Positions 63,101 to 64,000 of a DNA stretch of 64,000 bases are shown here, piece after piece. Under the pieces are notes generated by a model. The model saw only the letters and a list, made by a program, of their open reading frames with translations, was not told where the DNA came from and ran no database searches. A program made the translations under genes and the position numbers. Location: positions 62,001-126,000 of the forward strand of contig DF236990.1 of NCBI GenBank assembly GCA_000708835.1. The letters are read 5' to 3'. This stretch comes from Klebsormidium nitens (Eukaryota; Plantae; Klebsormidiophyceae). Positions within the stretch are counted from its first letter, which is position 1, and each line of letters starts with the position of its first letter.

Positions 63101-63562
63101 CTGTTACTTATTCTTTCTTTCGCTTTGATGGCTTGTTTGACAAATTGCCCTTTGATGACTTTGGAGGCCCAGCGAAAATCTGGTGAAGAGGCGTAAGTCG
63201 TAGATAGACGTCGATCGTGGATTTATCGCTGTGCTCTGGTATAAGGGGAGGTCAACCAATGGCAGTACCAGTAATTTTGCATCTTCGATCATGAGAAACA
63301 CGGTGTCTGATCTTCCTGCCACTAGAGGCAATATGACAAAAACACGAAACTTGGGTCGTAGTCAGAGAAACGGGCCAGCTTGTCATTAGAATGCACACGC
63401 CTCTTCAGATGCAGAAATACGATTTGAAAACCAGAGGGCAAAACCACCAAAGGTCCTAAGCTTGGTTTTGGAGGAAGCACGATGGTTTAACCCACCTCGT
63501 CCCCTTGCTCCCGAAGAAATCTGATGAAGTTTTGGTACCGATTCTTGTAACCACTGGTGTAC
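57195..63562 (-). CDS. SQD2: Sulfoquinovosyltransferase (SQDG synthase, GT4); first exon(s) lie beyond the right edge
   Basis: Exons give [22 protein letters not shown] | [19 protein letters not shown] | [13 protein letters not shown]...[14 protein letters not shown] | [14 protein letters not shown] | [16 protein letters not shown] | [13 protein letters not shown] | AFVGDGPHR | VFTGML | [36 protein letters not shown] | GFLYTPGD | [13 protein letters not shown]...AIRLWRK; stop 57195-57197. Confidence 0.93.
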
Positions 63563-64000
63563 CTGTCAAGGCAAAGCAAGGGGTTAAGAGGTACACCCAA
63601 TCAAACTATCAACGCTTGTAAGTACACTAACCTGCGTGGGTTAGAATATCGTTTGCCAGTCCTTGATAGTCAGCCGACAAACACTTATCAAAATTTGCAC
63701 AGGCCTGGCATTTGCTGTATGGACCATCTCAGATTAGCACAGGACTTCACGCCAAACGGCACCACTTTCTTGAAAATCAAGGGCTTTGAGAATTAACCTT
63801 CTGAATACCAGCTAAGGAAACTGATGCAAAATATCGGCTGTGAGGGTGACCTCACAGCTGAGAGCCCTTCCTACAATGAGTTCATAGGCAAGGAGACCAG
63901 AAGGGGAGCAAGTGAAAAAGCAGGGGGGGAAAGCAGTAGCGATCATCGAAGTGCTTTTTCCCTCCACACGTTTCAGAGCACTGCCCTGTATGAAAGATTG

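Overview
Eukaryotic, intron-rich nuclear DNA. The gene set is plant-like (YLMG2, SQD2, PPR-SMR, DUF212, full-size ABCA) with GC-rich exons, which suggests a streptophyte alga such as Klebsormidium (inference). I reconstructed ten spliced genes by hand: kinesin-12 (-, runs off the left edge), two head-to-head paralogues of a secreted Cys-rich + root-cap/VWD-like protein (copy A -, copy B +, both with apparent lesions), full-length ABCA transporter (-, about 23 exons), YLMG2 (+), an orphan putative plastid membrane protein (-), DUF212 protein (+), ribosomal protein L39 (-, absent from the ORF track), a PPR-SMR protein with a GUN1-like SMR domain (+) and SQD2 (-, 5' end off the right edge). Three patterns are not explained by the gene list. 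(1) An ~11.9 kb diverged inverted duplication (3937-15820) has perfectly matching 23-bp ends and a GC-rich hairpin near its axis. (2) At least 13 decayed tandem copies of exon-intron junctions ('splice-junction echoes') lie in introns of four different genes. (3) ApT/TpA-rich, palindrome-dense islands lie between every convergent gene pair. I found no CRISPR array, rRNA, convincing tRNA or transposase. Exon coordinates were read by eye and may be off by a few bases.
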